Shown piece after piece: positions 45,146 through 53,952 of a DNA stretch of 64,000 nt. The position numbers and the translations under genes are program-made. The notes beneath the pieces were generated by a model that was not told the DNA's origin, did no database searches, and saw only the letters and a list, made by a program, of their open reading frames with translations. The stretch spans positions 128,414 to 192,413 of the forward strand of contig MEOH01000010.1 of the NCBI GenBank assembly GCA_001769535.1, read 5' to 3'. Position 1 is the stretch's first letter, and each line of letters opens with the position of its first letter. The DNA is from Bacteroidetes bacterium GWF2_38_335 (GTDB taxonomy: Bacteria > Bacteroidota > Bacteroidia > Bacteroidales > GWF2-38-335).

Positions 45146-46699
45146 TTGAAGAGAGAGGGTATTGAGGGAATGAAACCTTTTAAATCTTTGTTGTTTTTGC
45201 TGGCTGTATTTGCAGTTCTTGCAGTTGTTATGCTTGTTATGCCCGAAGATGGCATTCGCATCAATGATGATTCCAGCATTAAGTTTACCACGTTTGAAAG
45301 ACTTTTTTCCAAAAAGCCGGAAAAGAAAAATGTGGACAAAATCATCGAAAGTGATGTGGATATGGATAAGCTTGACGAGGAGGAACGTTACATTGTCAAT
45401 TCCGACAACACCATTGATACCGTAAAAATCATCGTGGATGAGCAGATCAAAGTTGTTCAGAAATTTCAATATGCCAACGACGACCCCTCTGTATTATATT
45501 CGTTCTTTGAGGAATTGCTTGGCATGAAAGACGGTGGTGATGTGAGGGTTATCCATTACGGAGATTCACAAATCGAAGGCGACAGAATTACCGATTTCCT
45601 GCGTACCAAAATGCAGGGAAGATTTGGCGGAACTGGTCCGGGCATGGTTCCTGCAAAACCCGCAAACAACATATCTGCGTCCATAAAACAATCATCTTCA
45701 GATAACTGGAAAAGATACACTGTTTTTGGAAAAGCCGATACTACCCTGGGACACAAAAAATATGGCTCTCTTGGAGCCTTTGGCCGCTTTGCCCCGGTTA
45801 TCAGAAAAAACGATACCCTGCGTATTTATTCCGATACCAATGCTGTTTATGAAGGATGGCTCAGGTTTGACAAATCTTCGGCAGCTTACGCTTCAAACAG
45901 GATTTTCTCGAAAGTGAAAATGTTTTACGGGAATAATACAAAACCGGTGACTGCCGGACTGTATAATGGTGAAGAACTTATTGAAGAAATTACTCTTTTG
46001 GCAAACAATACACTTAATCTGGCCGAGTGGGATATTCCTGCCGATGCCAATCCCATTTCCATAAAATTTTCAGGAAAAGACAGTCCCGATATCTATGGCA
46101 TCTCCTTCGAAGGCCAAAATGGATTTGCCATGGACAATGTGCCCATGCGCGGAAGCTCCGGACTGGATTTTACAAGAATGGACATGACCTTTCTGGCAAA
46201 TATGTACCGGCTTTTAAATGTTAAGCTGTTGATTCTCGAGTTTGGTGTTAATATTGTACCGAATGTTACCGACAGCTATGGATTTTATGAAAAATGGTTT
46301 CTTGAACAACTTAAGGCGCTTAAAAGGATCAATCCGGGAATGGCTATTATCGTGATTGGTGTTTCAGATATGTCAAGGAAAAACGGTGAATACTATGAAT
46401 CATACCCAAATGTGCCACTCATCAGGGATGCTCAAAGAAATGCTGCGTTCAAAGCCGGATGCGCTTTCTGGGATATGTATGAAGCAATGGGCGGAGAAAA
46501 TTCGATGTATTCATGGGCCACTGCCGATCCTCCTCTTGCCGGAAAAGATTTTACCCATTTCAATCCCCGCGGTGCCCGAATCATAGCTCAAATGTTTTAC
46601 AATGCATTTTTACTGGAATATAATAATTATCTGAAGGGATTGACGGAAAAAAGCAAGGGCAAGGAAAAGGAGAAGGAGAAAAAAAAGAATGCTAAGTAA
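45146..46699 (+). CDS. SGNH/GDSL-fold hydrolase or acyltransferase, membrane-anchored (PatB/Ape/AlgX-like candidate)
   Basis: ORF track, 517 aa (alternative start at 45170, MKPFKSLLFLLAVF). Block I VIHYGDSQIEGD, block III LEFGVN, block V DFTHFNPRG. Confidence 0.7.
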   Translation: MKREGIEGMKPFKSLLFLLAVFAVLAVVMLVMPEDGIRINDDSSIKFTTFERLFSKKPEKKNVDKIIESDVDMDKLDEEERYIVNSDNTIDTVKIIVDEQIKVVQKFQYANDDPSVLYSFFEELLGMKDGGDVRVIHYGDSQIEGDRITDFLRTKMQGRFGGTGPGMVPAKPANNISASIKQSSSDNWKRYTVFGKADTTLGHKKYGSLGAFGRFAPVIRKNDTLRIYSDTNAVYEGWLRFDKSSAAYASNRIFSKVKMFYGNNTKPVTAGLYNGEELIEEITLLANNTLNLAEWDIPADANPISIKFSGKDSPDIYGISFEGQNGFAMDNVPMRGSSGLDFTRMDMTFLANMYRLLNVKLLILEFGVNIVPNVTDSYGFYEKWFLEQLKALKRINPGMAIIVIGVSDMSRKNGEYYESYPNVPLIRDAQRNAAFKAGCAFWDMYEAMGGENSMYSWATADPPLAGKDFTHFNPRGARIIAQMFYNAFLLEYNNYLKGLTEKSKGKEKEKEKKKNAK

Positions 46700-47948
46700 A
46701 ACCAGGTTATATATTTTTTTATTTATGATATTCCAGAGCCTAAATATTACTTCAGTTTTTTCTCAGGATTATCCATATGACCTGCCTTTTTATAACTTTA
46801 TCAGATACGACGAAAATAAACTCATTTTCCCCGGTGACAGCAGTTCTTACGATAACCTTTTTTCTTCATTCAGCACACTGACTTTAAAGGGCGAGGGCAG
46901 AATTACTGTTTTGCACCTTGGCGACTCTCATATTCAGGCTGATTATTTTTCGGGCAGAGTGCGCGAACGGCTTCAGACTTTCTCGCCGGGCAATGTGGGC
47001 GGACGGGGTTTTGTTTTTCCTTACCGGGTGGCACAAACAAACAACCCATTTAATCTGGCTAACCAATATTCAGGAGAATGGGAATATTGCCGCAACGTAG
47101 AACGTAACAAGGACTGCGATCTGGGACTATCCGGAATTTCGGTAACAACCTACGACAGCACTGCAACCATTAGCTTGTATCTGAAAGATAAGGATTACCA
47201 GAAATACGATTTTAATACCGTAAAGATCTTTCATAATTTTGATTCAACTTCCTATACAGTTGAACTTAACGGTTACCTTAAAAAGGTTGAGGTTTCTGAC
47301 AATGATAGTTTGGGTTTTACTCAGTTCTATCTTGAAGATTATACCGACACCCTGCACCTCAGATTTGTGAAAAATGCACCATCGCAACAAAAGTTTACCC
47401 TGCACGGAATCAGTCTGGAAACAGAAGACCCCGGCGTAGTGTACCATTCCATTGGTGTGAATGGTGCCGACGTGGCATCTTTTTTACGATGCACTTATTT
47501 TTCACAGCATTTAAAAGCTCTAAACCCCGATTGGGTAATCATTTCCCTGGGAACCAATGACTCGTATGGAAAAAGCATCGATTCGGCGGCTACTTACCAC
47601 GATTTTGAAAGAATGGTTTTAAAAGTCAGAGGTGTAAGTCCGGAAATTCCAATTCTTCTTACCACTCCGGGCGACCATTACCGCCAGAGAAGATATGTAA
47701 ACAGAAACACAGAGGTAGTGCGGAATATTATTATTGACGTGGCTAAAAAGCATGATTGCGCGGTTTGGGATTATTTTTCAGTGATGGGCGGATTGAATTC
47801 GGTTAATTTTTGGTATAAAGCCGGATTAACAGCCAACGACAAGCTTCATTATTCAAAGGATGGATATTACCTGCAGGGAGATTTGCTTTTTACTGCATTT
47901 CTGCGGGCTTATGATAATTATATTGATAAGAATATTATAAACAAATGA
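46689..47948 (+). CDS. SGNH/GDSL-fold hydrolase or acyltransferase, second copy
   Basis: ORF track, 419 aa. Block I VLHLGDSHIQADY, block III ISLGTNDS, block V DKLHYSKDGY. Overlaps both neighbours, which suggests translational coupling. Confidence 0.7.
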   Translation: MLSKTRLYIFLFMIFQSLNITSVFSQDYPYDLPFYNFIRYDENKLIFPGDSSSYDNLFSSFSTLTLKGEGRITVLHLGDSHIQADYFSGRVRERLQTFSPGNVGGRGFVFPYRVAQTNNPFNLANQYSGEWEYCRNVERNKDCDLGLSGISVTTYDSTATISLYLKDKDYQKYDFNTVKIFHNFDSTSYTVELNGYLKKVEVSDNDSLGFTQFYLEDYTDTLHLRFVKNAPSQQKFTLHGISLETEDPGVVYHSIGVNGADVASFLRCTYFSQHLKALNPDWVIISLGTNDSYGKSIDSAATYHDFERMVLKVRGVSPEIPILLTTPGDHYRQRRYVNRNTEVVRNIIIDVAKKHDCAVWDYFSVMGGLNSVNFWYKAGLTANDKLHYSKDGYYLQGDLLFTAFLRAYDNYIDKNIINK

Positions 47949-50038
47949 TTGATTATAAAGATATTCTGCTTTATGACAAAGATGCACCAATGCTTTTCAG
48001 TGGAGCATTTTTCTGGTTTTTCTTTGCCGTAGTACTTTTTGGATATACCCTGCTTTATAAAAAGAATTTTGCCCGCACGGGATTTCTTTTTCTGATGAGT
48101 TTGTTTTTTTACTACAAATCGGGGGGGTACTTTTTTACTTTGTTGTTGTTTTCAACACTGGTTGACTATTATATCGGTAAATACATACATCGGACAGAAA
48201 AACCGTTAAACAGAAAACTGCTTCTTGCTGCAAGTATCTTTATAAACCTTGCCCTGCTTGCCTATTTTAAATATTATTACTTTTTTGTTGATACGGTAAA
48301 TGGGCTGTCGGGAACAAATTATGAAGTGCTTGATCACCTTTCCTTATTATCCAATACCTTTGCAGGGACTGAGTTTGACATCTCCTCGGTAATCCTTCCG
48401 GTTGGCATTTCATTTTATACTTTCCAAACAATATCCTATTCATTTGATATTTACAGGAAAAAGCTGGCCCCGGTAAAAAACATGATTGATTTTGGATTCT
48501 ATGTTACCTTCTTTCCTCAATTGATTGCCGGTCCAATCGTTAGGGCTGCCGATTTTATTCCCCAGCTTTATCAGAAATTTTCATTGACAAAAGAGGAATT
48601 CGGGCATGCAGTGTACCTTATTCTCATTGGCTTGACAAAAAAGATGGTTATTTCAGATTATATTTCCATAAATTTTGTTGACAGAGTGTTTGATGCACCA
48701 TTGGCTTATTCAGGATTTGAAAACCTGATGGGGTTATATGGCTATGCCATTCAGATTTACTGCGATTTTTCGGGATATACTGACATTGCCATTGGGGTTT
48801 CGCTTCTTTTGGGTTTCAGACTCCTGCTGAATTTCAACTCACCCTACAAAGCCGAAAATATTACCGATTTTTGGCGTCGATGGCATATTTCCCTGTCTTC
48901 ATGGTTGAAAGATTACCTATACATATCTCTGGGAGGAAATCAAAAAAGTTCGGTGTTTGTATATCTGGTTTTTCCGTTTACCCTTGCTGCCATGGTATTT
49001 GTGAATAGTTTCTCGGTAATCAATCTTTCAGCTTTGGGAATACTTATTGGTGTATGGGTGCTGTCGTTGATATTTAAGCAAAAGAAAATATTTAGATACC
49101 TAACATGGGCTGCTATTGCTGCAATGGCTTACCTGATGTTGGATATTTACACCCTTCTGGGAAAAACTGCTTTGGTTGATCCCAACTGGTATGCATTCTG
49201 GTTCTTAATTGTAACACTTGTTTCCTGGGTATTAACGGTGATCTTCCCGAAAATAAAAGTGAAAGTTACAACCATGATCAACCTGCTCCTTACCATGCTT
49301 CTTGGCGGGTTGTGGCATGGTGCAAATATAAAATTCATTATTTGGGGAGCCATTCACGGTGTGGCCCTTGCCCTTGATAAAATAAGGATTGCCATTTACG
49401 GAAATGCCAAAAAACTTGGCAGAATTGAGCATTTTATTGCAGTGTTCTTTACTTTCCATGTGGTTTGTTTTGCTTGGCTGTATTTCAGGGCAGGATCACG
49501 AGAAACTGTTGATCTGATGTTAGACCAGATGTTTTATCATTTTGGTTTTGAACTTAATGACCACTTGAAGACTTTTTACCTGACTTCAGTACTGTTTGCT
49601 TCGGTTGGATTTATTGTTTACCGCATTATTGCGGCAAGCAGAGGCGAATACAGCAGGCCAAACAGAGTAGCTGCTGTGCCATTTCTCATTTTCAGGGATT
49701 TGATTAACCTGCCATTATTTAATCTCGCTGTTCTTTTTGCCTGGCATGTGGTTTTCTTTGGAGTACAGTTCATTGGAAGTTATTTCGGATATGTGACAGG
49801 TGAATCCCTCGGGTTGGCAGTTATGCCCGAAATGCTTCAATCTTATCGTATAATATTCCTTCTGATAGCCGTTGGTTTTATCATTCATTTGCTACCGGTA
49901 AGTTTTAAAGAGCTTTATCGCGGATGGTTTATCAAAATACCAATGTGGTCAAAGGTTTTGGTATGTGTGTTGGTGGTTTTAATACTGTATCAGGCAAAAT
50001 CTTCGGATGTTCAGCCGTTTATTTATTTCCAGTTTTAA
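47945..50038 (+). CDS. MBOAT-family membrane O-acyltransferase (AlgI/PatA/DltB-like), unusually long
   Basis: ORF track, 697 aa. FWRRWHISLSSWLKDYLYISLGGN and TMLLGGLWHGA motifs. These are separated by about 100 extra hydrophobic residues, and there is a C-terminal extension of about 230 aa. Confidence 0.85.
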   Translation: MIDYKDILLYDKDAPMLFSGAFFWFFFAVVLFGYTLLYKKNFARTGFLFLMSLFFYYKSGGYFFTLLLFSTLVDYYIGKYIHRTEKPLNRKLLLAASIFINLALLAYFKYYYFFVDTVNGLSGTNYEVLDHLSLLSNTFAGTEFDISSVILPVGISFYTFQTISYSFDIYRKKLAPVKNMIDFGFYVTFFPQLIAGPIVRAADFIPQLYQKFSLTKEEFGHAVYLILIGLTKKMVISDYISINFVDRVFDAPLAYSGFENLMGLYGYAIQIYCDFSGYTDIAIGVSLLLGFRLLLNFNSPYKAENITDFWRRWHISLSSWLKDYLYISLGGNQKSSVFVYLVFPFTLAAMVFVNSFSVINLSALGILIGVWVLSLIFKQKKIFRYLTWAAIAAMAYLMLDIYTLLGKTALVDPNWYAFWFLIVTLVSWVLTVIFPKIKVKVTTMINLLLTMLLGGLWHGANIKFIIWGAIHGVALALDKIRIAIYGNAKKLGRIEHFIAVFFTFHVVCFAWLYFRAGSRETVDLMLDQMFYHFGFELNDHLKTFYLTSVLFASVGFIVYRIIAASRGEYSRPNRVAAVPFLIFRDLINLPLFNLAVLFAWHVVFFGVQFIGSYFGYVTGESLGLAVMPEMLQSYRIIFLLIAVGFIIHLLPVSFKELYRGWFIKIPMWSKVLVCVLVVLILYQAKSSDVQPFIYFQF

Positions 50039-50130
50039 TATCTGATACAATAACCATAAGTTCATCATACCTGTTGCCAGTTTTCAGGATTTTTTCCTAT
50101 ATTCGCTTATTATTCAGAAAGGAAAAAAAT

Positions 50131-50553
50131 ATGAGACGTAAAATACTCAGGCAACTGCCATTGATAACCATGATCTTCCTGATTTTATCAGGTCTTGTAT
50201 TGTCATCATCCTGCACAGGAAAAAAAGACAAAAAGAAAAAAGAAACCACTGTGGTTGAGGAAAAACCTCATTTTCCGGGCGGACAAAATGCCCTTGTTTC
50301 CTACATCAGTCAAAACATCAGGTATCCTGAGGAGGCACGCAGTGACAGTGCAAGCGGACAAGTGCTGGTGTCGTTCATCATCACATCAGAAGGCAAAGTG
50401 ACCGATGCTAAAGTTGACCAGGGCATTCATGATCTTTTGGATAAGGAAGCCCTCAGAGTGGTTGAAAACATGCCCGATTGGGAGCCGGCAGTTTCAAATG
50501 GCGAACCTATTGAGGTATCCATGCAAATTCCAATCACCTTCAAGCTAGACTAA
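50131..50553 (+). CDS. Small TonB C-terminal-domain lipoprotein
   Basis: ORF track frame trimmed to Met70 (MRRKILRQLPLITMIFLILSGLVLSSSC). K-rich linker. TonB-C PHFPGGQNALVSYISQNIRYPEEA...GQVLVSFIITSEGKV. Confidence 0.75.
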   Translation: MRRKILRQLPLITMIFLILSGLVLSSSCTGKKDKKKKETTVVEEKPHFPGGQNALVSYISQNIRYPEEARSDSASGQVLVSFIITSEGKVTDAKVDQGIHDLLDKEALRVVENMPDWEPAVSNGEPIEVSMQIPITFKLD

Positions 50554-50555
50554 CC

Positions 50556-51194
50556 ATGAAAAAAACAGGATTATTCATTTTTATTGCATTCTTATCGTTT
50601 TTTCTGTTTTCATGCCATACAGGTAAAATGCTTGAGAAACCGACCACAATAATGGTGGTTGAAAACGAACTGTACCTTGATAAAAAATCAACCGGCAGCA
50701 ATAAATACATTGACAATTATACCAAAGAAGAGTACCGCGATAAAATGCTGGTCTCGCTGAAAGATGCTTTTCTAAACTGCAATCTGGTAATTACCGATTC
50801 GCCTGAAAAAGCTGAATATACCGTGGTTATTGACAAGTATCTTATTGAAGAATCTTCGGTTACCGAAACAGTGAATGATCAGGCTTCGCCATATAACGGA
50901 ATGAGTTATGTGCTGAGCACCTGCGATGTTCAGGCCGACTACCGCATATTCATTGGAGCGGTTAGTCAGCAGAAAATGCTCGAAAAGACTTCTGTTTCGG
51001 CCGATAAAGATGAAAAAGTCACAAACAACCGCAATCTCGGGGATTACATTGTGGGCTCAAACAAGGATAATTCCAGTTACCGTCAAAAAGAGCTTTTCGA
51101 TGATGTTTTTCTCACCTTGTCAGATAAATGTGGCCGAAGGATTTCCGCAGACATATCAAAGCGTTTGTATAAATATCTTAAAAAGGGAAAATAA
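50556..51194 (+). CDS. Hypothetical lipoprotein
   Basis: ORF track, 212 aa. MKKTGLFIFIAFLSFFLFSC lipobox. No motif recognised. Confidence 0.55.
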   Translation: MKKTGLFIFIAFLSFFLFSCHTGKMLEKPTTIMVVENELYLDKKSTGSNKYIDNYTKEEYRDKMLVSLKDAFLNCNLVITDSPEKAEYTVVIDKYLIEESSVTETVNDQASPYNGMSYVLSTCDVQADYRIFIGAVSQQKMLEKTSVSADKDEKVTNNRNLGDYIVGSNKDNSSYRQKELFDDVFLTLSDKCGRRISADISKRLYKYLKKGK

Positions 51195-51285
51195 ACCAGG
51201 TCCCAGGGCGGGGGTTATTTATCCCCTATTTCATTTTTACAATTTTGTTTCTATATTTATGGAGTTAAATAAAAAAATACAACCT

Positions 51286-52008
51286 ATGAAAAAACTGATT
51301 CTTTTAATTTCGGTATTCACGTTAATCAACGGATTAAATGCACAGGACGAAAAAACCTGGTACAATCTTGCCATCAAGGGAGGATACGGCAACTGTATTT
51401 TTTTCAATGCCAATTATTCATCCGATGTTGCTGTTGATTACAATTACATGTCGCCAAGCTTTTTTTACGGACTTGATGCAGGAGTGGTATTCCCGGGAGG
51501 ATTCAGTTTGGGATTGGAATATTCAATCCAGAAAATGGGACAGGAATATGATATTGTTCCGGTATTGGGATCAGCCTATACCAAAAGAATAAATGTTTAC
51601 TCCAATGATTTTCTTTTTTTAATAAGGGCATTTGATGAAGGTTTCGGATATTTTGAAATAGGACCGAAATTGTCAATGGTCAAAAAAGTCACAGATAAAA
51701 ATTCAGATAATTCACTCAGTTATGTGAACTCAGGCAATTATGGAGAATATTATAATGATATGTTTATAAGTATTATGTTTGGATTTGGTATTCCGGTTTA
51801 TCACGGAGACCTTTTTGATTTCACCATTGGATTGCGCGGCGGCTATTCAATTTCAAACCTGATGCTTGAAGAAAAAGCCCCCATAAACGATTTAGGTTAT
51901 CCGGTTCTGGCTCCGGACAGCTATGCCACCACCAATCCGTTTTTTGCCCAGCTAACCATGCGCTTTGACTGGCATATCGGGATAAAGAATACCAAGAGTA
52001 GTTGGTAG
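51286..52008 (+). CDS. Outer-membrane beta-barrel protein (porin-family-like)
   Basis: ORF track frame trimmed to Met121 (MKKLILLISVFTLINGLNAQ; alternative start at 51259). Alternating beta pattern. C-terminal aromatic residue (SSW). Confidence 0.65.
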   Translation: MKKLILLISVFTLINGLNAQDEKTWYNLAIKGGYGNCIFFNANYSSDVAVDYNYMSPSFFYGLDAGVVFPGGFSLGLEYSIQKMGQEYDIVPVLGSAYTKRINVYSNDFLFLIRAFDEGFGYFEIGPKLSMVKKVTDKNSDNSLSYVNSGNYGEYYNDMFISIMFGFGIPVYHGDLFDFTIGLRGGYSISNLMLEEKAPINDLGYPVLAPDSYATTNPFFAQLTMRFDWHIGIKNTKSSW

Positions 52009-52013
52009 TGATT

Positions 52014-52784
52014 ATGGGGTACAGATTTGGTTTTCAAGGTCAAGAAGCTGAAAACGAAATTGCAGGCCAAACTGGAAGCCATTCGTTTTTCAAATACAGA
52101 ATCTCTGATAATAGGATTGGGCGGTTTTTTGCGGTTGACCCGTTGATGGCTAAATATCCATGGAATTCTCCTTATGCGTTTTGTGAGAATAAAGTTATTC
52201 AATTTATTGAATTGGAAGGGCTTGAAGCAACTGAAAATAGGGGTAATAGTGAAATTAATATGGAAGTAATAACATATTATCCATTACCCAAAGAATCAAC
52301 AAAAGAGGAAATAGAGGCATTTAAGAATAACCCAATGAATATATGTAATAAGCCGATTGAAGAACCAGAAGGACTCCAAAGGAAAGCTGATGGCTTACCT
52401 GTCATGAATGTTCAACACCGCAAATCTGTTGGTGGATCATCATGGTTTAAACCGCCAAATTATTATTTAGTATGGGATGGAGGAGGCACATCCAATAGTG
52501 ATGAATCAATGGATACTGGACTGGTTCCCTTTGAAGAAGACTGGACTGTATATGCCTATGTAAAACGTTCACATAGAAGAAAATTTGAAAAGCAGTGGGA
52601 AGCTGAAGGACGAAAAGAAAGAATTGTTTATTTAAAGGAGAAAATTACGACTTCTGACGGTACCTTCACTAAGAAAGATGGACAGCAAGTAATTTACGTT
52701 AAGAAAAGAGAAGTTCAAGATTTGAAACCTGATGATAAGATTATTGAAGAGACTCAATTGAGAAATTTAGATAATATTCAATAG
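52014..52784 (+). CDS. Orphan Rhs/YD core-tip fragment fused to an unrecognised C-terminal toxin-like domain
   Basis: ORF track, 260 aa from TTG 52002; ATG at 52014. The first about 70 aa (GYRFGFQGQEAENEIAG...FKYRISDNRIGRFFAVDPLMAKYPWNSPYAFCENKVIQFIELEGLE) match the end of the RHS repeat-associated core. No YD-repeat shell lies upstream. The following about 185 aa contain no motif I recognise. Confidence 0.7.
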   Translation: MGYRFGFQGQEAENEIAGQTGSHSFFKYRISDNRIGRFFAVDPLMAKYPWNSPYAFCENKVIQFIELEGLEATENRGNSEINMEVITYYPLPKESTKEEIEAFKNNPMNICNKPIEEPEGLQRKADGLPVMNVQHRKSVGGSSWFKPPNYYLVWDGGGTSNSDESMDTGLVPFEEDWTVYAYVKRSHRRKFEKQWEAEGRKERIVYLKEKITTSDGTFTKKDGQQVIYVKKREVQDLKPDDKIIEETQLRNLDNIQ

Positions 52785-52785
52785 A

Positions 52786-53457
52786 ATGGGAATGAAAATC
52801 AATATATTGTTAGTGCTTATTACTATTACAATAGTAAGCAATAGTCAGGACACTATAAGGTCTATAACACCCGATATGGATTCTATTGAATATTTTAGAA
52901 ATCCTTTTAAAATAATAAATGCTTGGTTGCCAAATAAAAATCAAGTAATTTTCAATGGAAACGGTTTTCTTGAAAATATTAATAATGAAGAAATACAAAG
53001 AGTATATTATAGAAATGGAGTTATTGAAAATTTATCTTTATCATTTGATTCTACAAAAACAAAATTATTAGAAATAGGAACTTATGTTGATAGCTCAAAA
53101 AGAAATAATACTTGGTTCGGTTTTTATGAAAACGGACAAATTCAATGGAAAGTTCAATATGATAATGGGAAGATTGTTAGTGATTTTACTGAGTTTTATG
53201 AAAATGCACAAATAAAAGCAATTTATTCAGTAGTTGATAATTTAGGTCATTTAAATAAAAAAGGGGCGTATAAAGAATATTATGAATCTGGTAAATTGAG
53301 ATTTGAAGGTCAATATTTTTATGGAAAGTGCAAATGTGAATTAGATTCAACTACTCTTGAATTTCAGATGGCTGTGCCGTTACGACAAGACACAAAATCA
53401 GGTAAATGGATTGAGTATTATGAAAATGGAAATATAAAAAAACATTTCAATATATAA
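52786..53457 (+). CDS. YwqK-family (MORN-variant repeat) immunity/antitoxin-like protein, apparently truncated by a frameshift
   Basis: ORF track, 223 aa. Starts 1 nt after the toxin stop. Signal-like N-terminus. Repeats WFGFYENGQIQWKVQYDNGK, YKEYYESGKLRFEGQY and GKWIEYYENGNIKK. Confidence 0.7.
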   Translation: MGMKINILLVLITITIVSNSQDTIRSITPDMDSIEYFRNPFKIINAWLPNKNQVIFNGNGFLENINNEEIQRVYYRNGVIENLSLSFDSTKTKLLEIGTYVDSSKRNNTWFGFYENGQIQWKVQYDNGKIVSDFTEFYENAQIKAIYSVVDNLGHLNKKGAYKEYYESGKLRFEGQYFYGKCKCELDSTTLEFQMAVPLRQDTKSGKWIEYYENGNIKKHFNI

Positions 53458-53459
53458 AT

Positions 53460-53636
53460 GGTTGTTACTATACATTGGATTTAGACAAGGATGCTAATGG
53501 AAGAGCCTATTTTTCCTGGAGAAACAGAAACGAATGTCCTGAGGGTAAATGGATTGAATATGATGGATCAGGTAATGTAATAATGGTAACTATTTATAAA
53601 AACTGCAAAATTTTTGAGGAAAGAGAAAAGAAGTGA
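53460..53636 (+). pseudogene. Out-of-frame continuation of the YwqK-like gene (or a remnant of a second immunity gene)
   Basis: Own translation of the frame starting at 53460 (shifted relative to the gene that ends at 53457): GCYYTLDLDKDANGRAYFSWRNRNECPEGKWIEYDGSGNVIMVTIYKNCKIFEEREKK*. It continues the repeat pattern. One extra A in the A7 tract at 53436-53442 would fuse the two frames. Confidence 0.5.
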
Positions 53637-53952
53637 TTCTTCCCAGCACCCCCAAGAGTTACAATAGAACCATAAAGCAGCTTCAAGTTTATAACTTGGA
53701 GCGGGAAACAGGGAACGCTAATAATAAAACCAACCAAAAAAGCCTGCTCAAAACCGAGCGGGCTTTAATATAATGTGTTTGGCTGGGATGCGGGGCTGGG
53801 GTGGTTCGGTATGGAGCTGAGGCGGTGGAAATGCTGGCGGGGTGAAACGTGACAACAAATACTTATACATTTTATATAGTCAGCATTATAAAACTAACAA
53901 TCCTATTTAGTAAAATCAAAGATTGAAAATACATTTGAAAGAGGAATCCGTA

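Noticed and set aside
53781-53855. A GC-rich patch that might be a hidden RNA gene or a coding remnant.
   Set aside because: No tRNA-like cloverleaf could be drawn. Translations in both directions give low-complexity text with no recognisable motif. I kept it only as a compositional marker of the islet.
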